Below, in pieces: positions 12,120 through 27,217 of a DNA stretch of 64,000 bases. Position 1 is the first letter of the stretch. The number at the start of each line of letters is the position of its first letter. The translations under genes were made by a program, and so were the position numbers. The stretch spans positions 81,096,001-81,160,000 of the forward strand of contig OX597822.1 of NCBI GenBank assembly GCA_951406725.2. Reading direction: 5' to 3'. Under the pieces are notes generated by a model. That model saw nothing but the letters and a program-made list of their open reading frames with translations. It was not told the origin of the DNA and ran no database searches. The DNA comes from Octopus vulgaris (Eukaryota).

Positions 12120-12920
12120 CAGCCCGTGGGATGCGTTCATGTTACGGCTTCATTAAAAATTCTGGGAAGTATACAACCTACGAGAAAACGTTGTAAAAGT
12201 ATCTGCAATACTTTTGCGGGAGCTTTTTTTTTGCCTGTCTTTAAAATGACAACAGGGAAACAATCAGGGCCCACCGCTGAGGCTGAGTTCATGAAATCAA
12301 TAATCGATATTGCATCGTCTACTTCAATGTCGATGTAATCGACGGCTGCCTCTTTGTTGTGTGGATCTATGTTGTTGGTGAACTCATCAGGCTTGTTTAC
12401 TTGCCTATTTTCCGTTTTAGTGCTGAAAAACAATATGGAATAGGTTATTGAACTACTGGGGTCTGCAGTTAGTGAACCCTTTCCTTCAAATTTTGGCCTT
12501 ATATTGTAACGCACCGAGACAGATTCTTTTGCTAACTTGTAGATGGCCTTAGAGTTAATTTGTAGCTTTTTCAACTACTCTGGCTTCTCTTTCCTTTCTT
12601 ATCATTTGCATAACCTCCATGATATTTTATGTCTTACTTGAATTCGTGGAAAGATTTCAGTTGGTTCTCGTACTGGATATTGTCCATTGTAAGTATTTTT
12701 AACTCTTCCCTAAAGAAAAGGAAGTTTTTAACTTTCCGCAGCTTCTGTATTTAACAGGGGCTTCGAGGTATGAAGAGTTATTTTATAAGAATCTCACTTC
12801 TTTGTAGTAATATTGTTGCGTCCATTCTGACTCCTGCACGTCCATCGTATTTCATTAATATTGACACTGATATATTTATGGACAATACCTCGATCATACA
12901 GAAGAGTGGAATGATATAAA
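12120..12920 (-). mobile_element. Degenerate LINE ORF2 fragment (CR1-like, pre-RT region)
   Basis: ORF 12137-12574 contains IDFMNSASAVGPDCFPVVILK...LQILLQRFLVGCILP, the S.GPD motif that precedes non-LTR RT domains. The upstream boundary is weak. Confidence 0.65.
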
Positions 12921-13974
12921 AAATCATGATTATTATTATTGTTGTTGTTTTTGTTGTTGTTACTTGTTTTTCAGTAGGTTCGTTCGCTGAATCAGAAGTG
13001 GCCCACAGCTAAACAACAAATACAACAACAACAACAACAGCATCTACTACTATTACAATAGCAAAGCAAATCAGAAATAAGTAAATAAAGGATGAGTGTT
13101 TACAACTAACGACCAATGAATGAGAGAATGCGAGTGAAAGAGGGAAAGTAGGGGAGTGCGAGGAAAGGCAGTTTGAATCTCTGAAAGGAAATTTAAAAAA
13201 AAGACAAAATGACGTTGGATAATTTCGTAGAGAACAGCAGATGACAAAAATACGATCTGACATTAATGTAGATAAGTATACTGTAAAAGCAGTTGAAAGA
13301 CACAAAGAGTGGAATACGAATGAAGCTTTAAATAAACCACTATTTACCCAAATAGCATAAACAGTTTCCTGATATTTTTCCACTATATCGTTATTATTGA
13401 TTCCTCTCAGAGGACGGCTCTTTCAATCAATAACTAAAGGAGCCAGCAAACCGAACAAAATTCTTATCTCCGTATTCTTGCTGTTCCTTCGAAATTATTG
13501 ATGGACGATGAAAAACTTTCAAAGAAATTTCGTCTTCATTATTTTTTTCATTTGCCGTTTTTTCTTCTTTTACTCTTTCGTTTTTGCTTCTTTTCGTTTG
13601 TACTTTCCGTTGCGTTTTTTTTTTACGTAATTTCTGCTCATATATCATAATGCTTCGTTTTGTTTGTGAGCTTTATATTCCTTTTGTGTATGTGTTTCTC
13701 TGTATTTGTTTGTGCGTACACATAAGGGCGTGCGTGTGTGTGTGTGAGGGTATATGCCTATGCATGCTTGTAATCGCGCATGCGTGTGTGTGCACACATG
13801 TGCTTTCTTCGACGCTCGATTGGCAACGACCCTTTTGGTTACTTGGCTTACACTAGTCAAATTCCCTTCGGTGGATGCATGATCGATGATGTACAGGGGT
13901 AAGTTGATGTACATTGATTGAGTGATCGATGTATCGGGTGGTCTGCAAGTTTTTTGTAACGATCAGAATAAATA

Positions 13975-14089
13975 AATCGAGAGAGAGCAAATAGAGAGAG
14001 AAGGCAGACAGAGATAGAAATACAGAGACAGAGAGAGAAGGCAGACAGAGATAGAAATACAGAGACAGAGAGAGAAGGCCGACAGAGAT

Positions 14090-14133
<44 letters not shown>

Positions 14134-14320
14134 CAGACAGAAATAGAGATAGAGAGAGAAGGCAGACAGAAATAGAGACAGAGAGACAGAGAGACAGAAA
14201 CAGAGAGACAGAAGGAGAGAGAGAGAGACAGAAAGACAGAAAGACAGAAATGAGAGAGAGACAGAAAGAGGCAGAGAGGCAGAGAGGCAGAGTTAGATAG
14301 ACAGACACAGATAGATAGAC
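13975..14320. repeat. GA-rich compound micro/minisatellite
   Basis: Repeated AGAGAGAGAAGGCAGACAGAGATAGAAATACAGAGAC units and (GA)n. Confidence 0.8.
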
Positions 14321-16038
14321 AGTCCGATTCACTTTGTCCGCCGCTTTCTCAATTCCGATATCACCTTTTGTGACGTATGTTTCAAGCTATACCAAAACTT
14401 TTTCTTTGATATTTTAAGCAAGCTACTTACCACACAGCCACTCCTACATCTATGAATATTTTTTAAAGTGTTTCAGCTCGAAAGCTGCAGTCGGGCTGGG
14501 ACACCACCGTTGATAGTTGAAGCCTGACGGTTTTTCTCATTATGTCATTAATTGAGAATGTGTTTACATCATTACATCATTTTTCCTGTGTAGTTTAGGT
14601 TTTACAGCCAGTATTTTGTGGTTTACTGGAATATTTTACTCATGCTTCTTTGGGGTGATATATGTCACTCACCATACTGTTTCCGATTAAATTTAACTCC
14701 GAGCTTTGTATCACAATTGATTTCATCATAGTTATTTGGTTATGTTAGTTTCTGTGTTGTTTGTTATGAGTTAACACTAAATATAGTTTGATTAATTCAA
14801 ATATATATTTATATAACAATGCATACTCTGAAGGATTTAATTATAAACAACTGTTCGACAAGGGTGAAAAGCGATCACAATGTATTTCATGTCAGTATAC
14901 CCAACTTGGTAGAACTGAGGTAACTAAACTTCCCAGACAAACGAAGAATCAAATTCCAAGATCCCTAGCTTTTACTATCGCACCCCGTAATTTCGATAAG
15001 TATAATTTACACAAAAAAAAATATGGTATATCAACATGTTCGAGAACCGTTTCAAAGTTCGTTTCCTCAATAATAAATCATCTTTCGGAACGCGGAAATG
15101 AGAAAGAGAACAGCTTCATACAGGAATGTACAGGAACGGTTGTGCTGGCTATTTCAATATCATCTACGGAATTACGAAGAGTACAATACTCTCATGAACG
15201 AAGCAAAGAAACGTAATATTTGCACCGCCGAGAAATATTGTAGTTAACCGATATGTTAACCGAAATAATATCCAAATATTATTACAAAAACAATTTTCAT
15301 TTGCTAACTTACAAAAAAGAACTTTCTCAAACAAATTTTAAGTTCACAGTATGCAATTTCTCCCAATACAGAATACCGAAATTATTTTTTTTACTTTTTT
15401 ACAAGGAGCCATATGACAACAGTACTTTCGGTGCGAGGTTTTATGCAATTTAAACTAACACAATATGCATTCGCGCAATTGTGTGTATTTGTAAAATTGA
15501 TATTGAGTGATGCTCTAGCACCTCAAATGAACATATGCGCAGTGGAATTCCATATAAAATACACCCCAAAAGATGAGTGAGTCGTCATGGCTGGCTCGCC
15601 TTTTCTGTGAATTCAATCTTCCTGGAGCTATCAGGGGTTGCAAAAGTTAAAGTAAAAAAAAAAAAATTAACACATTGAGGTTACGGGACACTTGCGGCTG
15701 GAAAGCCATTCCATGTATCCGTTTAGAAAAAAGTAAAGAAATTACAATTTAAGGCAAAGCACTTAATGTATTGACTAAAGTTGATGTATTCATTAATTGG
15801 AATAATTACACTTAGATGTCTAGTCCTGTCACTTTCACTTACAATTCACCTATCTGACGAATTTCAAGTGCACGAAACAGCACTGGCTTTGTGGGCGTCA
15901 TATAACAATATATGCATATACATGCATAAATATATATATACATATACATATATATATGTATGTATATATATATATACATATAACATATATTACATTTTGT
16001 TTTATAGTATATATAATACTGTGTTATGTTTTATTTTT

Positions 16039-16112
<74 letters not shown>

Positions 16113-16207
16113 CATATGTATGTATATGCCGGCAGACATAAAGTCGTTGCTTTATGTCGATGAGTGCTTTTAATCCAATGTTATGGTGGGTGTAACAATA
16201 CAAGTAA

Positions 16208-16284
<77 letters not shown>

Positions 16285-16518
16285 GGCTATAAAAACATCC
16301 ATGCCACTTCAGATCAATATTTTTTTCTCGTCCGAATGATGGAATATGCGAGAAACAAAAAGAAACCACAAAATATAACAAATAATACACAAATAATATA
16401 AACGCGAACAAGGCAGCCATTTTAACTGAAAGCTGTTAAGACTAAACAAATACAGAACAATTTCCACCCAGCATTCAGAAACACCGTGTTCGTTCATTAT
16501 TGTGCTGTTGTTGTTGTC

Positions 16519-16577
<59 letters not shown>

Positions 16578-16943
16578 TTGTTGTTGTAACAAATGTAGCA
16601 GTAGCGGTAGTAGTTGTTGTTGTTCTTTTATAGTATTTATATTTTTGCTGTTATTTTATTAATATGTTATTGTTTATGTTGCTTTTATTATTAATGTTAT
16701 TACTACAATCATTACTATTGTAAAATCCCTTCAGCCTCCACGATTTTGGATAATATTGTAATTATTGTTGTTATTATAAAAAGCAATCATGATCATGATC
16801 ATCATCATGATCATCATCATCATCATCATCATCATCAACATCATCATAATCATCATTGCCATCATCATCATCATCACCACCATCACCATCAAAATTCTCC
16901 CCTCCTCCTCCTCCTCCTCCTCATTATTTTCAGTATTTTTCCC

Positions 16944-17360
16944 AAGTTTCACTTTAAAAGGAAATTGAGGATGGAGAAGGAAGTTCAGTCCCTCAAGTGA
17001 GTTTACTGAACGGTGGGTGAAAGTTGCGAAAATGGCAAGAGTGGATGGTATCTCTAAGTGTAGACCTGTGAGTCGGAAAGAAGGAATTGGAGAGGGCACT
17101 TTTTCCTGGGGTTTCAGGGAAATCTCGGACAGTGGGGTCGTTCGATTATCCCTAGAGGCTTTCTTGTATCATGAGGGCCACATTTCTATCATACTCCCCA
17201 CCATTTTTTTAAACCTTTTCCAGTGTATACCGTGTATACTTTCTGTCGTTCTTTCATTTAAAAAATTTTTTTATCATTTCATTATAGGTAAACTTTGTCT
17301 TTATATCTATCTTTGTATTGTCCCACCCTCATCCTTCGCCCTGTGGCAAATAAATTACAT
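16944..17360 (+). mobile_element. Tx1/L1-like LINE 3' end
   Basis: FHFKRKLRMEKEV...ERWVKVAKMARV resembles FKYHLKRKVRVERQV at 54753-54830. Ends at CTGTGGCAAATAAA followed by (ATT)n. Confidence 0.65.
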
Positions 17361-17365
17361 TATTA

Positions 17366-17438
<73 letters not shown>

Positions 17439-17446
17439 CAAGTCTT

Positions 17447-17680
17447 GTAGAATCGTTAGCGCGTTGAACAAAATGCTTAGTGACATTTCATCCGTCTTGA
17501 CGTTCTGAGTCCGAATTCTGCTGATGGTCAACTTTGCCTTCCATCTTTTCGAGGTTAATTAAAAAAGCAACAGTTGGGCACCGGGTTCTATAAAATATGC
17601 ATCAGTTGAGCAATAGTGTTGATGTAATTAATTAGCACCTCCCCACAAAATTCCAGGCCTTGTGCATAGTGTAGAGAGAA
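17447..17680 (+). mobile_element. SINE family A copy
   Basis: AGAATCGTTAGC...AAATGCTTAG...CGTTCTGAGTCCGAATTC...GGCCTTGTGC. Confidence 0.75.
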
Positions 17681-18479
17681 TTTTCGCTCTCGAAATCTAT
17701 CTCCAAAGTTGATTTGTTTTCAGATTTCCGTGAATTTGTGCTTCTTTCCTTTTAGGGAGCCTGTTTTTGTTGATTTTATCGTTCTTTCTTGTTTTTAGTT
17801 AAACAGAGCCATAAACGGATGACCAACCGTTGTTATAGCTCGCTCTATGGGGTAAAGTTTTAACAAAATATAGCATTTTTCTTTACAGGAAAACATTTAC
17901 AAAATGACGTCGGCTTTGATCGTCCGTCACCGACATAACTGCAAAAGATTGTTTGGAAGGAGTAACTCTCTTTTGCAGTCAATTGATATTACACAGAACT
18001 ACAGGCTTAGTTGTAATTAAAAATGGCAGTAGCGACAACAGCAACACGACAAACAATAACAGGACCAGAACAAGTAAAAAGGCATATTGAAGAAAGAAGC
18101 TCGACAAGTAGCTTTTGCCCCGGAGCATCTTCCCATAAAAAAAATTAATGTTTCACACTAATATCGAATTATCTATAACAGAGAGAACTTTCAAGTGAAA
18201 ATATTGTTCATGTCCTGCTGTTACAAATGATACGCAGAGATTGGCCGAGTTGTGACATCTTGAATGTTTCCTTGAGCGTCGTGAACAGGTGTGGTTGCCG
18301 TTTGCCAGATTCATTTTTCGATATGACGTCTTATTGACCAAGCTGCAATCCTGGATTCAGCATAGGTGGAAGCAGTACGCATGACACCTAAAGTATTGTC
18401 AGATACTCATAACCAATCGGATAATGCAGTCGACTGAAGTTCCATTTTGACGTTCAAAAGAGGGTAACTGATTGGTAGT

Positions 18480-18805
18480 GAAGGCTCGTGGCTTAGTGGT
18501 TAGAGCATTCGGCTCACGATCGTAAGGTAGTGAGTTCAATTCCCGGCGACGTGTCGTGTCTTTGAGCAAGACACTTTACTTCACGCTGCTGCAGTCCACT
18601 CAGCTGGCAAAAATGAATAGTACCTGTATTTCAAAGAGTCGGCCTTTTCACACTCTGTGTCACGCTGAATCTCCCTAAGGACTACGTTAAGGGTTCACGT
18701 GTCTGTGGAGTGATCAGCCACTTGCACGTTAATTTCACGAGCAAGCTATTCCGTTGATCTTATCAGCTGGGACCCTTCGTCGTCGTAACCAACGGAGTGC
18801 TCCTT
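18480..18805 (+). mobile_element. SINE family C, full length
   Basis: A-box-like TGGCTTAGTGG and B-box-like GAGTTCAATTCC. Colinear with 2213-2530. Confidence 0.8.
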
Positions 18806-18849
18806 TTTTTTAAAGTGAGTGGCAAGAGCAGTGACATTCTTGGCGTGAC

Positions 18850-19605
18850 TCTAGATGACCACGAGAATGAACCGGTTGGTGTTCCGTCGGATTTTCATGG
18901 ATGATTTCCAGAAATCTTTGGTCTGGCAGTGCTACCGGGGGGATGAGTGGGGGTATTGTTGGTTCGAGCCTGCGTGTGATGCTCACAGAACTATGAAACT
19001 ATTCTTCACGCACTCGCCTGAAGTCTGCACACGGCTGATTTGTAGTGATATGTCGAACACCTACAGACAATTTTAACACGGATCCGGATATCAGCTGAGC
19101 AATTTGGTAAGATCGTTGCACCACCTTTCTTTCGCTAGGAATGAAAGGTAGTATTTGTCTGTGGCCGTAGTGAAAGTGGTTGCAGGATGAACCAGATTGA
19201 TGGGCTGAAGGCAAATACTTTCCTCTTTGCCCAAGCTTTCATCGGCTTTCTAAAATTTCAGTTGAAAAGGAAAGTGAAAATGGAGGGCGAAGTGCTTTCT
19301 AACCAGCAAAGTAGCTGAAAGGTGGCAGAGAGTAGCAAAGGTGCTCATAGCGAACGGGTCTGCTTGAGTATACGCCCGTTGAGTGGGAAAAGGCATTTGC
19401 CTTTGCGGTCAGGGTAACCGTGAATTTGTGAGATTTTCCCAAGAAGCCTCTGGAAGTCTCTACTCTTTTGAAAATTCCCCTCGCTTTAATATTTTTTCCG
19501 TTGTTTTTTACTTTTTGAACGTCTTCATGTAACCCCCACATCAGATTATATTGTGTGTATTCTCACCACTCTGATCGTAAACCTTTAGTGCTTAATAAAG
19601 AAATC
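18850..19605 (+). mobile_element. Degenerate Tx1/L1-like LINE 3' end
   Basis: MDDFQKSLVWQCYRG (cf. [15 protein letters not shown] at ~55200) and QLKRKVKMEGEVLS at ~19260. AATAAA near 19594. Confidence 0.65.
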
Positions 19606-20103
19606 ATTTTTGTTATTATTCACATGTGTGTATCTACCTATTCGTCTATGTTTAGATAAGTATATAGAGGCTTTTAACAAAATTAACTTCAAGTTACATC
19701 CTATAAAACAGCAACATTTATGTACCTCGTAGAATTTTCTTTTATAAAAACACTCCTAAAATATATTAAGATTTCTCCGCACTCCTACCTTTTACATCCA
19801 TTTGTCATTCAATAAAAGCGTTCCTGTTTGCCTCGACCCCATTACATGTTGGCTTCGTTTTGTTTCCGTTCAATTTGTAACATCGTTTCTTGATTTGTTG
19901 TTTTAATTCCTCCAAGTTTTAGTAATGCTTTTTTTTTTCCTCCCATTCTTAGTGGTGGAAGTGGTTGTGATTCTGCATTCTTTTATTTATTTCATTTTTC
20001 CGTTTTGTTTTGTTTATGCTTTCGTTTTTGTTATTGTTCTTCCTGTGTTCTTATTGCAGTCAGTTTCTTCTGATGCTACGCGCACACTCACACAAGTATT
20101 TAT

Positions 20104-20279
<176 letters not shown>

Positions 20280-20589
20280 TGAGAAGAAGGAGACAGAGGG
20301 GAGAAAGAAAGAAAGACAGACAGATAGATTTACATATACATACGCGCATACACATATACTATATATTCTGTATATATTTATTATCTAATTCCATTGTTTT
20401 CGTGTATTTTGGTTTCTTTTGTTTTTCTATTTGTATTTTTTCATGTTGCTGCTCCTTTTGCTTCAATGATTTTGATGTAAGGTTTTTGGGGTCATGCTTA
20501 AAGCAACGTTCGACATCAGGCATAAGATATGTTGTTCACTTTACTTGCAGAGCAATTCAGAGGATTTATTACGTGCCCTTAACTAAAAT

Positions 20590-20900
20590 TTAGTTAGGGA
20601 ACGAGAGACGATGTTCTGCGAGATGCACTTAATGTCAAGGATGACCAACTTGCCAGATTCTTCCGGATGAATTGCAGGTCGGGAATCATCGACACCTCCC
20701 AAAAGTCTCCGGCCTGGCATGTACGGTGAGGCTTTGCTTATTCAAAATATATTCGATGGATAAGGTTGTGCTGTCAGCCGAACGAACATAACCTATGATG
20801 AACGATGAGTAACGAAACCGTTATCTTTAGCCTCGATCATTACTAAAGTGGATGACCTGTGGAGATGTGTTGACCATCTGTTTTCCTGTATGAGGGTCCA
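20590..20900 (+). mobile_element. Degenerate Tx1/L1-like LINE fragment
   Basis: LNVKDDQLARFFR...IDTSQKSPAW resembles [13 protein letters not shown]...[10 protein letters not shown]. Confidence 0.5.
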
Positions 20901-22992
20901 GCTGTTATCCCGGCCTGTAAGAAAAATCAGTTTCTTTTTAGCATAAAATTAAAGGCAAATTTATTCCGTGTAGAGATGGCAGAAACGTTAGCCTGCCGGG
21001 AAAAATGCTTAGAGCAGGGACATGCCGCCTGGGTAGGCAAGGTAAGCAGTACCTACCCTGAGTAAAATAGATCGATAGCAATATTTTCCTTTTATGGCAA
21101 AATATGCACCTAATTTAATAAAATTATGAAGCTTAGTCTGCTTACAATGCATAAAATGCAAATTATCTCGTACATATATACATACATACATGCATACATA
21201 TATACATACATAATATGTATTTATATTAAACTACGAATGAAAAGCATTTTTAAGAATATAAACATTATCGGTCACACATACATCGTATATGTGTTTTGTT
21301 AATACGCCAAAATTTGTTGCGGCATAGCATCCGGCAAAAAGCTCCTCAAACAACGCCGGGTGCTAAATAACACTCAAGATTATCGAAATACATGGTATAT
21401 GTAAGCCACTACAGCGACGAAATATCGATATCTACTATTCTCGATCATTCCGAGATGAGTTATCTGGATTGGTCTGTGATATTCAGGTGTTCTTTAATTC
21501 CCGGTGTCGTTTGGGGAACTTTGCCTATGAAGCTATCCCGCAATATATTTAGAGTATGACCAAAGCACATACACTATTTATGTGCAACCGCTAAAATATT
21601 TATATGTAGTTAATATATCTGTTTGTTTTATTGTATACTGTAGATAAGAACTTGCAAATACGGACGTAAGTCGGTTTAAACTTTTACACAGCATACAAAT
21701 TACAGTATTTGTATCGAAAGAGATAGAGACACTTTCTGTGCGTTTGTATTCATATACATAAGAGGTGGTTAAGTTTGACCGTTACATCACTTGGACTCGC
21801 AGCAACAAGAAAATATGTCTAATCGCTATGGTTGCGCCGTCCAAAAGCTGTAGATTTAATTCTCCCACAATGCAACACCGTGACGTGCGCCATCCTGTGG
21901 TCGATGGATAAGACAACTGGTTTCAAGGGAGGTAACTGTCAATAATATCATTTACATATTTATACTGTTTATCTTCCTATCTAAAATTGTAAATTTTTGA
22001 GATTTCAGGATAAATTTTTCTACACTTAAGCAGAAAAATCTTTCACATAACATTCGCACAACTTTCGCACAAACATAGAGAAAGTAATATCATTTGCTTC
22101 AATTAACCATTCTGTTTAAAGCTGCAGTCCAACTTAGCCAGAAATATATTAAATCTCATTAATGAACACTAATCAACCAGTCATTAGTTGCCGGAATTTA
22201 TACAACTGAAATGACGTAAAGATCAGATGTAGTTGTTAGCTGTGACAGATATCTGTATGTGTGTGTGTGTGTGATGAGTGTGTGTGTGATATGCTGGTTT
22301 ATGTAGCATCTGTGTGGTATGTGTGCGTGGTATGTTTGCGCGTGTGGCGTGTGTGTGTGGTGCATGTGTGTCTGTAGTGTGTGTGTGTGTGTGGTTTCTT
22401 TTTGTATGTGTCGTGTGTATGGTGAGTGTGTGTGGTGTATGTGGTGTGTATGGCCGCGGTGTGTGTGCGGTGTGTGCATGCATGTGTGTGGTGTGTTTGT
22501 GGGTGTGTGTCGGCGTGTGCGTGTGGTGTGTGTGTGTAGTATATGTGTGTGTGGTGTATGTGTGTATGGTGTGTGTGTGTGTCGTATGTGTGTGCGTGGT
22601 GTGTATGTGTGTGCGTGTGTGTGCTAATTTTCTCTTCATGAGGTAAAGCAAACTATTTATTGTAGTGTCTGCGAGTGTTTCTTTACTGATTGACGGTATT
22701 TATGTGTGTGTGTGTATATATATATGTGTGTAGGAATGTATATATATGTATATGTTTATATATATATATATGTGTTTAGATAGATAGTTACATACATACA
22801 TACGTACATGCATACTTGCATACATATACAAATGATATATATACATACATACACATACACGCATACACACATACACACACATTGTATATTTATTCTACTC
22901 TACATATTCAGTTTCTGTACATGAATTCAAAAATTCTCTCTCTCTCTGTGTTTCTCTCTCTCGCAGTCTCTCTCTCTCTCGCTCTCTCTCTC

Positions 22993-23023
<31 letters not shown>

Positions 23024-23045
23024 AAGAATGTATATATGTATAAGC

Positions 23046-23080
<35 letters not shown>

Positions 23081-23103
23081 GATAGATAGATAGATAAATA
23101 AAC

Positions 23104-23161
<58 letters not shown>

Positions 23162-23248
23162 ATAGATACATACATACATACATACATACATACATACGTA
23201 CATACATACATACATACATAAATATATATATGTACGTGTGTGATTGTT

Positions 23249-23286
<38 letters not shown>

Positions 23287-24083
23287 TGGATGTAAATGTA
23301 TATTTATTTGTAAGTGTATTCATGTGTATATGGATGCGCGTGTGTGGGTGGCAAGATTAAAGTTTATGCAAGCGAAATTGTCGATTGCGAGGCGTTTTAT
23401 TGCATAGCACAGTGGGGTTTCCTATTCGATAATAAAGAGTCATTCCTAAACACATTAAGTTTGTCATTCATTCGTTTGAGTCAACCCACGCTGCTCTTCT
23501 GCTTCAATCAACGTTCTTCACGTCACTGTGGCGAACATAATAATGGCGTTAAATTCCCAACACTGAACCGGATGTGGTTTATCTCTAGCAGTCATGTCGT
23601 AATGCTTTCGTGCCTATCTATTTATCTATCTATCCATCCATATATATATATATATATATATATACATACATATATATATACATACATACTCGCATACATA
23701 CATACATACATACATATATACATACATACATACATACATACTTACATGCATACATGCATACATAAATACATACATACATACATACATGCATATGTATGTA
23801 TGTGCGTGTACACATACATATATATATATATAAATATATATATTACGGAATACTTTGGATTTGAGAATTATCAGTCCATATATGAAAAGTAAAATTTCAG
23901 TCCATAAAGTGCTTCTTAAAAGTGTCTCAAATCTAAATTGTCGCAAATCCCAAATCTTCCGTAATATTTCAATAGGCCAATTAAATTTGAGCACTGAATA
24001 GTTGTGCTATATATGGAGTATATTTCCCTCTATTCATTATATCTATCTATCTACCTTTTTCTCCCTCTCTCCCTCCCTCTCTC

Positions 24084-24121
<38 letters not shown>

Positions 24122-24467
24122 ATTAATAAAATAGGAGGTGGAATGTGTAATAGACTTTATTGGATGCAACACATGTTTCGACACGTTCTGGATCCCTTCA
24201 GGTACATCAATAAAAAGTCTCACTAGAGATTTCTTGAGTCGGCTAACGTACCGCTATATGTCCATCAAATTCGAGAATATGATAATTTCGTTACAGTGTG
24301 AGTATGTGGTACTCGCGGCCGTGAATTACTACAACAAGTGATTTTGGCAGAGTCTGTATGGATTATTAAAGCTATGAGGACTCGCGAAGATGGAAAATCT
24401 ACCGTGAATGTATACATGATTTGAGGGAGTTGGGAGAAGATCAATCAGACTAAAGCAGAAAGGAATA

Positions 24468-24530
<63 letters not shown>

Positions 24531-24577
24531 CAGCACCAGCAGCGGCAGTAGTAGTAGTAGTAGTAGTTGTAGTAGTT

Positions 24578-24612
<35 letters not shown>

Positions 24613-24613
24613 T

Positions 24614-24668
<55 letters not shown>

Positions 24669-24687
24669 CAGCAGCACCAGCAGCGGC

Positions 24688-24728
<41 letters not shown>

Positions 24729-24729
24729 C

Positions 24730-24817
<88 letters not shown>
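24468..24817. repeat. Compound (TAG)n/(CAG)n microsatellite
   Basis: Direct reading. The internal CAGCACCAGCAGCGGCAG block occurs twice. Confidence 0.95.
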
Positions 24818-24818
<1 letters not shown>

Positions 24819-25747
24819 GGACCAGTTGGTAGTCTTCTATTTAGAAGAGGAAGGAAATTTAAAGCAATGGGGGCGCTAATCAATTGTAGGATCGGCAGAA
24901 ATATATCGGTAGAACAGAGCGGTGATGACCAATGATGTTGCTACTACCGTTTCTGGAGCAGCATCGACCAAAGTTCTGTGAAGCAAACCAAATTTCTTCG
25001 TCCTTGCTATCAGCAGCATTTGGCACAACGTCAAAATAGAAGCCGAATGTTTTCCACCTCTAGTAAACTATTGAGCGGAGGCTACTAGTAACAGCACCAC
25101 ACACGAGCACCATCCGTCGTCGAGGTCGGCTGGACACTGGAGAAAATATTGTAAACTGTTGGGGGCAGTAAGTAAATAGAAAGTGACGTGGGGTGCTAAA
25201 AATCGTTGATTCCTGGTAAAAAAAAAAGAACAGGTTATTGGAAATATCTCACAGAAAATGCCGCGTACCGTTCTGAAATATCTGAGTCCAACGGTTGAAG
25301 TAATCAATGTACAGAGTGGATTGGAAATACTAAACGAGTTGAAGGAGGGCAACAAGAATAATGTTCCGGATGAGGAAATCGGGGTAGATTATATTGATAG
25401 GCTGTTGGTAAAAGCTGCCCCACAAGTCTAGAAACTAATAGTGAATAATTGCCATTTTATATGAAGAGGGAAGAATGTTACAGCTTATATGAGTTCCAGC
25501 ATGGTCACGAGAGAATTTGGTGGATTCAGTTTCTACAGGATTACTGGGTTAGATGACATGGATGCTCTGATATTTAGCAACTCTTTTAGGCAAGGACGAG
25601 TCGCCATTGTGCAACAGAGATACCATTATCCATTTGTAAATATTTCGAGTAGAAAATTGCTAACCCCTCGTTAACTTTTGCTTCTCCGTTATACCTTATG
25701 GCGTCTTACCTTTTGTTATGTAAATTTAAATATATATATATATATAT

Positions 25748-25788
<41 letters not shown>

Positions 25789-25870
25789 CGTGTGTGTATC
25801 TGTGTGTATATATATATGTATATATGTTTATGCATATATATATATATATATATGTATATCTGTATATATG

Positions 25871-25904
<34 letters not shown>

Positions 25905-25909
25905 ATATA

Positions 25910-25952
<43 letters not shown>

Positions 25953-26115
25953 GCATATATTTGTGTATATATATGCACATATAAATGCACACACATACAC
26001 ACACACACATATATATACACCATACTTTCTATCCCTTATCTCTTCTTTATGACACATGTTTTGAAATGTATGGATGGCCCTTGGGCCAACAATAAAAGCC
26101 TTTTTATTGCTGTAG

Positions 26116-26325
<210 letters not shown>

Positions 26326-26854
26326 TTCATGTTCTTTTTCTTGTTATTATTGACGTTATTCTTAGGAATGCATCTGGCTGTACCAGATTATCATTCTATT
26401 AGAATCGAAAAAGCGGGAGACAATGGAACAGAAATATCGAATGCTAACCAATTAGGAACATATTATCGTTCACTGCAAGAAATCAATATGGCCTATTATA
26501 TCTAGCGGACGAACACAGTGTGTTGACATATGCGATTATGCACATAGCGTCATACACACACAAACACACGCATATACACACATATGTAAACGTACATGCA
26601 TGACTATATATATATATGTATGTATATATGTGTGTATGTATATATATATATATTTATGTACATATATATATATATACATATATATATAATATGTATAATA
26701 TATATACTTGTGTGTATGTATGCGTCTGTGGGAGGGTGTGTATCAATATTTTGAGATGTATGTAGGAATTATCTCTGTGTCCCGTTGTGCTGGCTAAAAA
26801 TAAAAATACGAAGTCGAGCGATAAAGAACAGAATAAGAGTTAAGAAAATATATC

Positions 26855-26945
<91 letters not shown>

Positions 26946-26952
26946 TCTCTCC

Positions 26953-26992
<40 letters not shown>

Positions 26993-27171
26993 ATATATAT
27001 ATATTCACTTTTGTTTATCGGTCTCTATTCTATCCATTTGAACTTGTTTTACCACTCTCTTCACCCTGTGCATTTCCAGTGTTATTTTTCTGTCATTATG
27101 TCATAAACCCACCCCTTCTTCTACCTCACCCCTTACTACCACCGCATGCCACACACGAATATATACTATAC

Positions 27172-27217
<46 letters not shown>

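Noticed and set aside
15820-15886. Possible type III hammerhead (GTC...CTGACGA...GAAAC)
   Set aside because: Stems I and II do not form. The pairing is better explained as a degenerate ~28-bp inverted repeat.
18480-18550. tRNA genes here and at 48757, 37720 and 29533
   Set aside because: These are tRNA-like SINE heads continuous with SINE bodies, without a complete cloverleaf or terminator.
24940-25660. Possible exon or LINE endonuclease remnant (YIDRLLV)
   Set aside because: Multiple stops, and the motif is too short to support a call.
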